64,000 nt of DNA from Basidiobolus meristosporus CBS 931.73 (taxonomy: Eukaryota; Fungi; Basidiobolomycota): the NCBI GenBank assembly GCA_002104905.1, contig MCFE01000121.1, positions 1-64,000 of the forward strand. The letters run 5' to 3'. Positions 38,247 through 50,490 of this stretch are shown here, piece by piece. Numbering within the stretch: position 1 is the first letter of the stretch; the number at the start of each line of letters is the position of its first letter. The translations under genes were made by a program, and so were the position numbers. The notes under the pieces were generated by a model, which worked only from the letters and a program-made list of their open reading frames with translations, did not search any database and was not told the DNA's origin.

Positions 38247-39034
38247 TCAAGCAGACCCGTCTGGACTGATCCAGGGCTTCGACGGGAGCCTTCCCATCAC
38301 CATCACCATCACCACTACCACCACCACAACATCTTGCTTCGATCTGGCGGGAGAACCCCAGCTCCGTCGCGCTCCTTCCCTACCCCATCTTTGCAGGCAG
38401 ACCCACTCCGCCGCCGAATCGTATGAGCCTTCACTTTATTCTAGCTTCACTATGCTGCCATCATTTCCTGTATCTCCTTCGACCCTACACTGACGTCAAT
38501 CTAGTTAATCCATCCATATCCCACTCTCTTTAGTTCCAGTATATCCATCCCCGACCCATCCCCCATCCTATGTGTTTCCGTCCCAAAAACCCACTAAAAC
38601 CTGTGAGGGTGGCAATGAACGAGCATTCCTAGTAATATTCCAAGTGTCGAGTGGAAACGTGCATTCTAGGCAATATCCCAAGTGTTGAGGGGAGTTGATC
38701 CAGATCTAGATCCATACGAGTAATTCCCCCACTCCACCAACCATCTTCGGAAGAATACCGGAAAGAATTCGCCCTACGTCTGATCGGTTGGTGACTGTTA
38801 CATTCAACCATCCATATCTTGACATATGCAGGTAAGGAGGTACCAGCCAATGAGCGGGGAGGGGGTTAGGTTTGGTAATAACTCTATATTTCTGCCATTC
38901 TATAACTCCACCCGACGAGTCGCCAATGGAATGGTTGAATAGGCGAGCACAAATTGGTACTATTCAGCAGCGTTGGCTTTTCTGAACCTGTGCTCTTCTC
39001 TCCGAGGAGATAGCCAGTGCTGCTGCTTCACGAG

Positions 39035-40327
39035 ATGACCACCAGCCTCGACAAAGCTTCCTGGGATTATGATCCGGGGTATGACCTGCGCCTGTTGGAG
39101 GGCGCCCAGGTCATCCAAATCCTCAACATCTCCCTAAACTCCGCCTCCATCATTTGCGGCTCCCTGGTGCTCGTCGTATACTTCCTCATCCGCTCATACG
39201 AGCCCAAACTCATGGACCGGGTCTCCCTGCGTCTCACCGCGGTGATCTCGTTGGTCGACGTGCTGCGGGCTGCCACCTACATCGCCTTCACCTTCATAAC
39301 CTCCGCGGGCCCGGGGTGCAAGTTCTCGGCGTGGTAAACAGCGCGGAAGGAAAGTTCCCCCGAACAACACCTTGGACTAACCTCGCTTTTCCAATAGGGC
39401 CATCCTCTTCCTCACGAATTACTACGTGTTCCTCACCTGCATGATCGCCTTCAACCTCCAGTACGTCTTCTTGCACTACCAACCCTATCAGAACCGGTTG
39501 GAAAGGAAGTACTTCCTGGTATCCACCACCCTCTCCTTCGCCACCACCCTCCCCGCCTTGATCTGGGACCGGGTTGGCTGGGACGACAGCACGGGCGCTT
39601 GTTGGTGGAGACACTACTCGGCAATCAGGACCAAGATATGGGAGTGGGGCAGCTTCCTGATCTGGGTCATCCTCGGGACGATCTATTGCACGGTGGTGGT
39701 TGTGTTGGTGGTGATCAAGCTGCAGAGAAACAAGGCTCGGCTGAAGGTTCTGAACGAGGTCAGCCCGCCGGACGAGTTCGCCATCTGCCAGAGCGAGAGG
39801 ATGGAGTCTTACCGGACCGTCAACAGGCTCGTCACCCGAATCACCCTTTACATCCTCATCCCCATCGTGACCCAGGGCGGGTTCATCCTGATGGAGATCT
39901 GGCTGCAGTTCAAACACACCATGAACCCCGGCATCAACTACTGGTCGGTCATAGGAACCGACTTGTCTGGTCAAGAGTGCTACTTTCCTTGTCTTAGGGC
40001 CGACGTCTGACGCTTTGCTTCACAGGTATCCTGAACCTCTTCGCTTTCTTGCTGGACCCCGCGCTTCGCAACGCCATGACCACGGTGCGTGGCCAGTTGA
40101 TGGCACAGTACGGCTCCGGGGGGCCGTCCCGCGCGTTCGTCACCCCCTCCCGTCCGGTCTACCCGGTCAAACGGGACGACTGCACGACCAGATTCATGCG
40201 GTGGTTTGTTCGGAGATTTCTTGGCCCGGGCCTCGACGAGCCGGTCCCGTTGGATCCGCTCAACGTGGAGGGGCGGCCCAGTTGGGCTCGCGAGATGACC
40301 GGCAAACCTGGTCCAATCCCCGTATGA
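39035..40327 (+). CDS. 7-TM G-protein-coupled receptor, cAMP-receptor/Git3-like class (3 exons)
   Basis: Seven hydrophobic segments after splicing; DRVSLRL, GPGCKFSAW, LTCMIAFNLQYVF, GWDDSTGACWW, RITLYILIPIVTQ, GILNLFAFLLDP. Confidence 0.85.
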
Positions 40328-42045
40328 CATCCACCGCCGTGTCACGTGGCCGGCCGGCTAACCGTCATCTCCGACGGGGAGCACCGACCACCGTGGACAA
40401 TCCGTCGGTGATTCTCCATGGTTGGTCGGTCTTCCTAACCGGCTTGGCGTCGCCCCTGGATCCCATGCACGCCACACCATGCCAGCCCTCGGGAAAATTG
40501 GTCGAGATCTGCACAGTCGAGCCTGGCAATCGTGTACACCCTCACCTGTACCCTTCCGCGCACGTCAGCCGTCAGCTACCTGTCGACCTCTGCATCATCC
40601 CCGGTATCTTCCCGTGCGCTCCATCCGATTCCACGACAAGTTCTGTGGAATAGGGTTCCCAGACCTCCACGCTGCCTCGATACCCACCCGTCCATCCCCT
40701 GCCACCATCTCGGGAACTCCCCAAACCGAAGTTCTGAACGCGATCCTCTCCCCCCTCCACAGCACAACCCCAGTGATTGTAGGTCCATCGGACAATAAAT
40801 CCACCTGTGAATTTCAACCAGCATTTAGCCATGGCCACTCTGTGTCCAGCAACAATCGCATAGCATTCAACGATTGATTCCCCCAAGATCTCCCCTCCCC
40901 CCGCTGCAGTATTTCGGAGGGGCGGGGGTGAGAGCATTGCACACACCAAACTGGTGGTTGGATTCAGTACACCCAAATGTCGTATTGGAGATTTCCAATG
41001 ACCACCGTTCATGGGTTTAAACTTCCAACATGTGGATAAAATCTCCCATCTAATATATAGGCTGCCGTATGCATCATTTACATGCAAAGGACAAAGCTTT
41101 ACTACCACCTTTTCATAATGGTTGGGGTTAGAAGTAACATGGGGGATAAGCGGGTTGTTTTGTTTCACTGAATGGCTCACAGAGGGTGGAGGTGGTACTT
41201 GGTTTTTTGTGTGGTCATGGTAAAACAAGCATGTCAAATATGCTTAGGTAGGTTCCAAGAACATATGGGCTAGATTTGAAGGTCTTATTCAAGGTATTCC
41301 AGGAATATCCCATCAATGGATTTGGGCAAGACATCTCAAGACCCATATGGCTGCTTCAAATCACTAAGTGAGCAGACCATTCAGGCGTAATCACATAATT
41401 CACATCACAGATGAGCCTGGAGCCACCTTTGGTTGCTAGTATTGATTCATCCAAGGTGCCACCCCTCACTTCTCTGTCCAAGCCCCATGTGCATTTCAGT
41501 TGCTCCAGCAATAAGTCACATCAGAACTATACCCTATAAAAAATTTCAAATTTAGAATTCATCTGATTTCCAGCTGGTATAAAACTGTTATTCTAATGGT
41601 ATTCAGCTGGTATCCAGCGGTGTGATTTGTTCAAACATTCACTTTCAATTCTTGATGGAAGTAGAGGGCAGCTAATCACCAAATTTGGTATGAATTCAGG
41701 TTGGCCTAGTCTCCTCTTGAGAAATATGTCTGCTTGTCTGCCCAACTGCTAGTGCATGAGATGATCATAGTTGTCAAAATTGAGAAACTTGGGATTCAGC
41801 TGATTTTATGATGGTATTGCGCTGGCCTTTTCTTAATTTTCTCCCAATGTATAGCCTAGCAATATGAGTTTGCTGTAGGCCTATTAACTATTAGCATTTG
41901 TGTGCTTTAGAGAACCCTGCAAGTAGTGGGAGTAGTTGGAGGCTGGTAATCAGGTGATTTCCACTCAATTGTTAATGGTGCATTAAAGGAGCACCAACAG
42001 AGTCCTTAAGAAAGAGTTTAACCAAAGGCAAGTCTTATGAGAAAT

Positions 42046-42400
42046 AGTTGTGATGATCCCATCAAGAGACCATCACAAAATTCAAATCCTGTGACTAGAA
42101 GGTATGGATCCCATCAGGACACCATGCAAAGACCATAAAAAAAAATTGCACCTCAGATATCACAAAAAACTTGGTCAAAATATCTCATCACAACAATACA
42201 TAAGTGGCTATTGATTGGTTCTCTAACAGTTCCCTCACTTTCTGATCCCAGGAACTAAATCACCTCCTATATTTGTGTATGCTGATTGGCTATTGCCTCT
42301 TTGTCACACTCCCTACTTCCTGCCTCAACCAATGCTTATACTTTTCATGCTTACATATTGGTTTATTTCTGATGAAACATCAGTTGTTACTCATATGCCA
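42046..42400. repeat. Unclassified interspersed repeat (copy C; related to 58517-58880 and 60235-60312)
   Basis: Shared blocks gatccc..tcaggacac, atgcaaagac, tcatcacaaca, cacctcctat, gattggctattg, cactcc.tacttcctg, caaccaat. Confidence 0.8.
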
Positions 42401-42918
42401 ATTGCTTTGTAGGAATTTGAAATTCCACCTAAATATTCAGCTAACTTAGTCACTTTGATCCTTACCTTTAGGTCCTGAAGATTACTGACCAAAGTCCTTG
42501 TTGAGATTTACTCAGAATATTTTCACCAAAATATCATGTACCCAGAACATGAAAATTCTTAAAGCTGTCCAAACAGCCCCAAGCTTTGTGCACATGCTCT
42601 TGGCACCTTCTTAAGCCTATTCTACATGCTTGCTATGACAAAATCATGTAAAAGTATAAATACTACTTTTACATTCAATAAATCATTAAGTGAAAACTAC
42701 ATAATCTACTTGTTCTCCCAATCACTTCCAATATCTCCAAGACTCTTACAACAGGTCATGAGCCCCAAGCTGTCACTCTCTGCAATTTCTACTACTGCTA
42801 TTACTGGAATTTTTCCCTCTGCTGAGAAGTTGGATGGATCTAACTACCAAGTATGGAAGGTGAAGATGAAGATACTGCTACAAGAAAGAGGCCTTGGGAT
42901 ATTGTCATGGGAGAAAAA

Positions 42919-45900
42919 GTTGTAAGAGTCTTGGAGAAATTGGAAGTGATTAGGAGAACAAGTAGATTATGTAGTTTTCACTTAATGATTTATTGAATGT
43001 AAAAGTAGTATTTATACATTTAACTGGTCTTGGCATAGCAAACACATAGAATAGGCTAAGGAAGGTCCCAAGAACATGTGTGCAAAGTTTGGGGCTGTTT
43101 GGACAACTTATCTAATTTTCATGTTCTGGGTACCTGGTCTTTTGGTGAAAATATTCTAAGTAAATCCCAACAAGGAATTTGGTCAGTATTCACTAGGATA
43201 TGAAGGTAATGATATAAGTGACTAAGTTAGGTGAATATATAAGTGGAAATACAAATTTTTACAACAATCCCAATCAGCTAAATGTTCATACTGACTAGTC
43301 CTAACTTTGACCTAAGATATTCAAACTTGTCTCTAGCTAATGGTTTGGTAAATATGTCTGCAATCATTTCATTTGTAGGACAGTAAACTAAGCTAACTAA
43401 GGTATTTGCTATAGCTTCATGTATGAAATGATGTCTAATATCTATGTGCTTAGTTCTAGCATGAAAAGTTGGATTTCTACCTAATTGTATACATCCTTGA
43501 TTTTTTTGAAATAAAGTAATAGGCGTTTTTTGACATTGGCCTAAATCTGCAAGAAGTTTTCTTAACCACATTGCTTCTTTTGTAGCTTCACAGGCTGCCA
43601 TATACTTGGCCTCTGTGGTGGAAAGTGCCACAGTTGGTTGCTTTCTTGAATTCCATGAAATTGCTCCTTTACAGTAAAGAAAGGTGTATCCTGTGGTGGA
43701 TCTTCTGTCTTCTAAATTTCATCCCCAATCAGCATCAGAGTATCCCACAAGATCCTATTCTGAATCCTTATAAGTGTATCTTAAGCAGATATCAGCAGTT
43801 CCTTTTAGGTATCTCAAAATCCACTTAACTGCTGCAATATGATCAGATCCATAGTTCTGATTATGTTGGCTGACAACTCCTACTGAATTTGAGATATCTG
43901 GATGTGTTCCAAGCATGATATACATCAGACTGCTGACCATAGATTAATAAGGAAAGTCAGGGCTTTCAGATGGCACCAAGCTCTCTTGATTTGGTTGAGT
44001 TTTTGACCAAGTTAAGGTTTGTCTCCATTGGTGTAGCTGCTGGTTTACAGTCTTCCATTTGGTACTTCTTTAGTATATCTTGAATATACTTGGATTGGCT
44101 TAGGGTGATAGTCTGGGTACTTCTGTCTATGGAGAACTTAATCCATAAGTAGTAATTAAGTTCTCCTAGATCAGACATCCTGAACTCCTTAGATAGGCTG
44201 GATTTAGTCTCTTCCAATGTTGCTAGGTTATTGGCTTTTACATCCATTTGATGAATAAAAAACTTATATTTGGCTGCAATAGCCAATATTAATCTTATGG
44301 AATTAAACTTGGCTACCAGTGCAAAGTTCTCAGTATAGTCAAGTCCTTTTGTTTGAGAGTATCCTTTGGCTACAAGTCTTGCTTTGTATCTTTCAATTGT
44401 ACCATCAGCCTTGTATTTTGTCTTGAAGACCCATCTGCATCCAATTGATTTTTGGTTGATTGGTAATTTGACTAAGTCCCAAGTTTGATTTTCCATCAGT
44501 GCCTGATATTCATCAGTCATTGCAGATCTCCAAAACTTTGTCTGAGGGCTATTTAGGGCCTCTTTTACAGTCTGGGGTTCATCAATATGGACTGAATAGG
44601 CATAGGCCAAGTTTGTACCCTGATTGATATAGTAATTTAGGCTATTTCTTGTCCAATTGGAGCTCTGGGCATTTGATACTGGAATAATCACTTCTGGGAT
44701 ATTCCTGGGCACTGATTCTGGTGGAACCATGGTTGTAGAGTCCTCTGGAGTGAAAAAACTATCATTGTTTTGCTCTGATTCAATCCTGACAATTGGTGGA
44801 CTTGAGATCAAATTTTTGTCATCATCTGATGTCATTTTTTGTGAAAATTTTGAATTTTCATCAAACAACACATCCCTGGACTTGGTAAGCTTCTTTGCTT
44901 TGGTATTGTAGAGTTGGTATGCCTTACTCTCATTGCAGTAGCCCAAAAATATGCATTTTACACTTTTTGGCTCAAATTTTTACTGATTTCCGGCCAGTTT
45001 TTTGGTATATGCTGTACACCCAAATATTCTTAGATGTTCTGCACTTGGTCTGTATCCATACCATGCTTCAAATGGAGTAGAATCATGAAGTATTCTGTTA
45101 TAACTCCTATTTTTAAGATATACAGCAGTGGCAACTGATTCTGCCCAAATATCATAAGATAATTTTTGATCATGGATCATAGATCTTACCATATCAATTA
45201 TTGATTTGTTAGCACATTCTGCTACTCCATTTTGCCGTGGGGAGTATGGTACAGTAGTCTCTTGCTTTATCCCATGCGTTTTGCAGAAGTGGATCAAGAG
45301 TTTTGAGGTATATTCTCCACCATTGCCAGAGCGTATTTTCTTGATTTTTTCACCAGTTTCTCTCTCCACCATGGCTTTAAACTCCCTGAGCTTAGACAGA
45401 GCTTCTTCCTTTCTCTCCATGAAGTAGACCCATGCATATCTTGTATAATCATCAATTAAAGTGATTAAATTCTTCATCCCACCTAAGAATAAATTTTGCA
45501 TAGGTCCACACAGATCTGAGTGAATTAGATCTAATTTTTTCTTAGTTTTGATTAACCCAGAGCTCTTGTATGGTTGTCTGGCTTGTTTCCCATATATATG
45601 TAGGCTTCACAGTGCTCCAAATTAGCTTGGGGATCAATTTTCACTCCAGAAATTGGCTGATCTTTGATCATTTTACGCAAATAATCAAAATTGATGTGTC
45701 CAAATTTCCTGTGCCAAAGCATTGGTATTTCTTCATTTAAGTTACTTATATTGGCTTCCAGATATAATGGAATATAAGTCAACTTGCATAGATTCTGATC
45801 TCTGATGCCCAAAGCAATATGAGCACCATTTTGATCAGTGATCCTGCATCCAGAATTGTCAAAACTGAAACTGAGTCCTTCTGCTGTGGCCTTGCTTACA

Positions 45901-47545
45901 GAGAGTAGGTTCTTGGCTATTTCTGGTATATTGAGTACTTCTTTAAAGGTCAGTGTGTGGCTTCCTTCACTGCTTCTAAGGTTTACTTGGATAGTTCCTT
46001 CTCCCGCTGCATCAAGTGTTCTATAGTCACCCATGAAAGCCTTTAATTGGAATTTCTTGATATTGGGTAAAAGTTCTTTTTGGTGTGTAAAGTGTTGAGA
46101 TGCTCCAGAGTCAATGGACTTGTTCCATCATTCCAGCTGATCATAGTGCCAATAGTGCCATAGCATGCCAGATGGTGCCTGATCATGCCACAGAGTGTCA
46201 GATGGTGCCATACAGTGCCAATTTGGGATCAAAATTGACATGCATATGACCCTAAAATATCAAATTAACAACAAACTATACAGCACTTTCTGGCACTATG
46301 ATCAATGGCACAATGGAACAAGTCTAATATACCACATCTGAGAATCCTTGTTTGTGGTCATATTCAGTGCAGATATGAATAGTCTATCTTCAGTTGTTGC
46401 AGCATTTCCATATTCAGGCTTCTTTTGCTGATTATCTTTCTTTTTGAGACACCGGTCTGATGTGTGTCCTTTCCTTTTGCAGTAGCTACAAAACAGGTTG
46501 CTGTTGCCTTTGTAGGGTCTTGGGTACCTCCTTTGTTGGTTATCATTGCTTATTGAAGCATTTTCTTCTTCCTTCTTATTAGCGCTTGATTTTCTTAATT
46601 CTTCATCCAGGAGCCTTCCATATACGTAATTTAAGGTCAAATCCTCAGTTCTGGACTCTAGGGCTGATACAAGGCCCTGAAACTTGTCTGTCAGGCTATT
46701 CAGGATGGTAACTATCACATCCTCATCAGTAGCTGGTACACTTGCAGATTCCATCTCATCTACCAGCAGGGTAATTCTGTTAATTAGATTTTTCATTTCT
46801 TCTCCTGGCAGCATCTTTGTAGTAAAGAATTTTTGTCTCAAATACATTTTCTTGGCAGCTGAACATGACTGGTAGGTGTCTTCTAATGCTTTCCAGGCAT
46901 TCTTTGCCGTTTTTGCTCTTGAGCATTGAATTAGCAATTTGTCTTTGACATTAAGGCAAATGCAGTTAAAGGCACTTTGTTCTTTCTTCTGGTACTTTAA
47001 GGCTTCCTCTCCCACGTTTTTAGGAGGGCATTCTTCTCCCATGACAATATCCCAAAGGCCTCTTTCTTGTAGCAGCATCTTCATCTTCACCTTCCACACT
47101 TGGTAGTTAGAGCCATCCAACTTTTCAGCAGAGGGAAAAATTCAAGTAATAGCAGTGGTAGACATTACAGAGAGTGACAGCCTGGGGCTCATAACCTGTT
47201 GTAAGAGTCTTGGAGATATTGGAAGTGATTGGGAGAACAGGTAGATTATGTGGTTTTCACTTAATGATTTATTGAATGTAAAAGTAGTATTTATACTTTT
47301 ACCTGGTCTTGGCATAACAAACATGTAGAATAGATTAAGGAAGGTCCCAAGAGCATGTGTGCAAAGTTTGGGGCTGCTTGGACAACTTATCTAATTTTCA
47401 TGTTCTGGGTAACTGGTATTTTGGTAAAAATATTCTAAGTAAATCCCAACAAGGAATTTGGTCAGTATTCACCAGGATATGAAGGTAATGATTTAAGTGA
47501 CTAAGTTAGGTGCATATTTAGGTGGAAATACAAATTTTTACAACA
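42919..47545 (-). mobile_element. Two-LTR Ty1/copia family A element (5' LTR 47545-47197, 3' LTR 43266-42919), inactive
   Basis: PBS GGTTATGAGCCC at 47196-47185; gag-PR-IN-RT-RH ORF pieces ending KLGLVSMNI*; flanked by AAAAA (42914-42918, 47546-47550); about twenty substitutions between LTRs by manual count. Confidence 0.95.
46116..46325. mobile_element. 210-bp MITE with 13-bp TIRs and 3-bp TSD (AAT)
   Basis: caat|GGACTTGTTCCAT...ATGGAACAAGTCT|aat; removing it restores the copia protease WYIDSG; internal repeats of TAGTGCCA/ATGGTGCC. Confidence 0.92.
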
Positions 47546-48498
47546 AAAAATGCTCTCCTAAAGACATGGGAGAGGAATCCTTAAAGTACCAGGACAAAGA
47601 ACAAAGTGCCTTTAACTGCATTTGCCTTGATATTAAAGACATATTGCTAATTCATTGCTCAAGGGCAAAAGCAGCAAAGAATGCCTGGAAGGCATTAGAA
47701 GGCACCTACCAGTCATGTTCAGCTGCCAAGAAAATGTATCTGAGACAAAAGTTCTTTACTACAGAGATGCAGCCAGGAGAAGATATGAAAAGTTTAATTA
47801 ACAGAGTTACCCTGCTGGTGGACAAGATAGAGTTTGTAGGCATACCAACTACTAATGAGGATGTGATAGTAACCATCCTGAATAGCCTGACAGCTGAGCT
47901 TCAAGGCTTTGTGTCAGCTCTAGAGTCCAAACTGAAGATTGTACCTAAAATTACATGAATGGAAGGCTTCTGGATGAAGAATAAAGAAATTCAAGCGCCA
48001 ATAAGAAGGAAGAAGAAAATGCTTTAATAAGCAATGATAACCATCAAAGAGGATACTTACAGCCTTTTAGAGGCAATAGCAACCTGTTTTGCTACTACTG
48101 CAAAAGGAAAGGACACACATCAGACCAGTGCTTGAAAAAGAGCAATTGTCAGCAGAAAAAGCTTGAATATGGAAGTTCTGCAACAACTTAAGATAGAATA
48201 CTCATATCAGCACTAAATATGACCACACACAAGGATTCTCAGACATGGTACATTGACTCTGGAGCATCTCAACGCTTTACACACCAAAAGGAACTTTTTA
48301 CTCAATATCAAGAAATTCTAATTTAGAAGGTTTTCATGGGTTACAATAGAACACTTGATGCAGTGGGAGAAGGACCAATCCAAGTTAACCATAGAAGCAG
48401 TGAAGGAAGCCATACACTGACCTTTAAAGAAGTACTCTATGTACCAGAAATAGCCAAGAACCTACTATCTGCAAGCAAGGCCACAGCAGAAGGACTCA

Positions 48499-49490
48499 GT
48501 TAGGTATTAATTGGCAAGAACTGCAGCTCTTTTCTTGCAATTTCCTGTCTCTGGCTTGGGTAGACTTTTTCCCTGTGCCTTTTCCTTGATGACTGCCAGG
48601 TCTTTCTCTGCTACTTTGTTCAAGTGCTTCTTGTATTGAACTACATATTATTCTTGACAAATGCTGCACTGGTGCATCTATTTCTGCCTTTTTGTTCATT
48701 ACCAGCACTCTTCCCACAACCTCATACTTCTTTGCTGCTTGTTTGAGCTTTCAGCCCCAGTTGTGACGGGTTCCTGAGGAAGCCAATAGCTTTGCTACTG
48801 CCAGGTCCTTCACTACTACTTATATGAGTGCTTCATAAATGGAACTATAGTTTTTCATTGCTAGATGTTGTGCCGGTGCCCTTGTGTCTACCTGTTTATC
48901 CTCTACTAGCCCTTATCCAGCTGCCTGATGTTTCTTTGATGCTTGTTTAGAGTGTTTGGCTCTGCTTGTAAAGGGCTCTTGAGGAAGTCACTAGTCTTTA
49001 GCCATGGCACCCTTGCTCTTCTGTCTTTGAAAGTTTCTGCAGTTTCTGAGACACTTTCTTAGCATAAAAATGTTGGCCTAACACCTGTTTGCTTGCTTGA
49101 GTCCAGGATCATGGTCATGGAGCAGATGAAGCATATTTGGCCTGGTCTTGGTTCCCTGATGGTACCATGGTATGCTGGCTGTAAGGTGGCGGCATGCCAG
49201 ACTTCTTACAGCCTCTCAAATAGTAGGCCACTCTTTGTCATTGCACTCAATGAATTCATGGATTTCTAATGTCTTTTGACTTTGAGGCTATACCATAAAT
49301 GTCACAATTCCTCCTTCCCATGCTGTGATAGATTTTTGTGAGCTTTATATCTAGGCACTGTTGTTGTGCTTAAAAGACTATATGGTGTTCCTCTGCTGCC
49401 ACATTGGGAAGTTGCTCAATTCTTAGCTGTAACATTGAGCCACTTGAGTTCCTCCTTTGCAGCAAAGATATTGCGTTCTCTACCACAAAT
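48499..49490 (-). repeat. Unclassified pseudo-ORF repeat, copy 1
   Basis: Reverse complement aligns by eye with ~53880-54640 and 59400-60210. Confidence 0.75.
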
Positions 49491-49493
49491 ATT

Positions 49494-50490
49494 AGACTTG
49501 TTCCACTAGATAGTGGTACATAGTGCCAACCTGTTTATAGTGCTGGAAAGATCTGGCACTCTATGGCATTATCTGGCACTATAGTCTCTATCTTGATGCC
49601 AGTGTTAGGATACAGATACTGGTGATGATACTCAATCTTACTTATGTAGCTCAAAATAATACTTTTATTGCTTTATTTACTCTTCATAATGCTCTAGACA
49701 CATTTCTCTCAGTAGGTCACTACTTGTATAAATATACTGCATATTGATAAACATTGTAACTATTTTACCTATTCCGTTGTTTTCTCATATATATTACTTT
49801 CCTTTGTATTTACCTGCCAACATGTCAAATCTCTTTGGTTATCCAAATGTATGCACTGCTCTCACTCTGAAACAATAAATATTTCTTCTCAAGCTTCTGC
49901 TTCATGCTAAGCATGCAATTCCTTGGCTTCCTATAAGCTGCAATACATCTTAATCTCTGGCAATCCTCTCCTATAAAAGCTAAGTCAGCCATACATTTCT
50001 CCCCACTGCTGAATTCCAGATGATTTGCTACCCAAAGTGCTTTGTCATGCCTACTTCCAGCAAATGGCCCACTAAACCAGATGATGTTACCCTCAATGCT
50101 TATCAGTGCTTGAAACTTCACACAGCATGCCTTGTATTTGCAAGAATAAAAGTACCTCTGCCCTCTACAAGGTCTGTAAATCCTGACTAGGAAGGTATCC
50201 AAAATACTGCTGATTTGGAACCTGTTGCTGGACTCTGTGGGATATTGAAGATCACTGGAGTTTCTGAGCATAGCAGTCCAAGCTTGTTCTAAGTCATTCA
50301 TACTCTCTGCAAGATGGTTTGCCATTGCTGCCAACTGGAATTGAAAGCTTTCAGGACCTTTGTTGCCACAAATGGCGGGATGATACCTTGTAGGGCATAG
50401 TTCTTGTAATAGTATAGAAGCTTCACAAGGGATCTCCATGAATTGATTGCAGTTGATGGTCCACAGCACTTGCTAAAGATCTCTTCCAAT
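49494..50490 (-). mobile_element. DDE_Tnp_4 (PHIS: PIF/Harbinger-ISL2EU-like) transposon remnant with one TIR
   Basis: ORF 49825-50469: ILDTFLVRIYRP, QRYFYSCKYK, VKFQALIS, SGPFAGSRHD, MADLAFIG, AYRKPRN. Terminus att|AGACTTGTTCCA at 49494 with TAGTGCCA-type subterminal repeats. Confidence 0.85.

Larger units (their letters stand above)
42405..48500 (+). mobile_element. Copia family A element (LTR ~42405-42753, PBS, gag-protease fragment) split by a nested antisense copy
   Basis: PBS GGTCATGAGCCCCA at 42754; gag reads ...GDIVMGE at 42918 and resumes ...CSPKDMGEESLK at 47551; truncated at ~48500. Confidence 0.9.
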
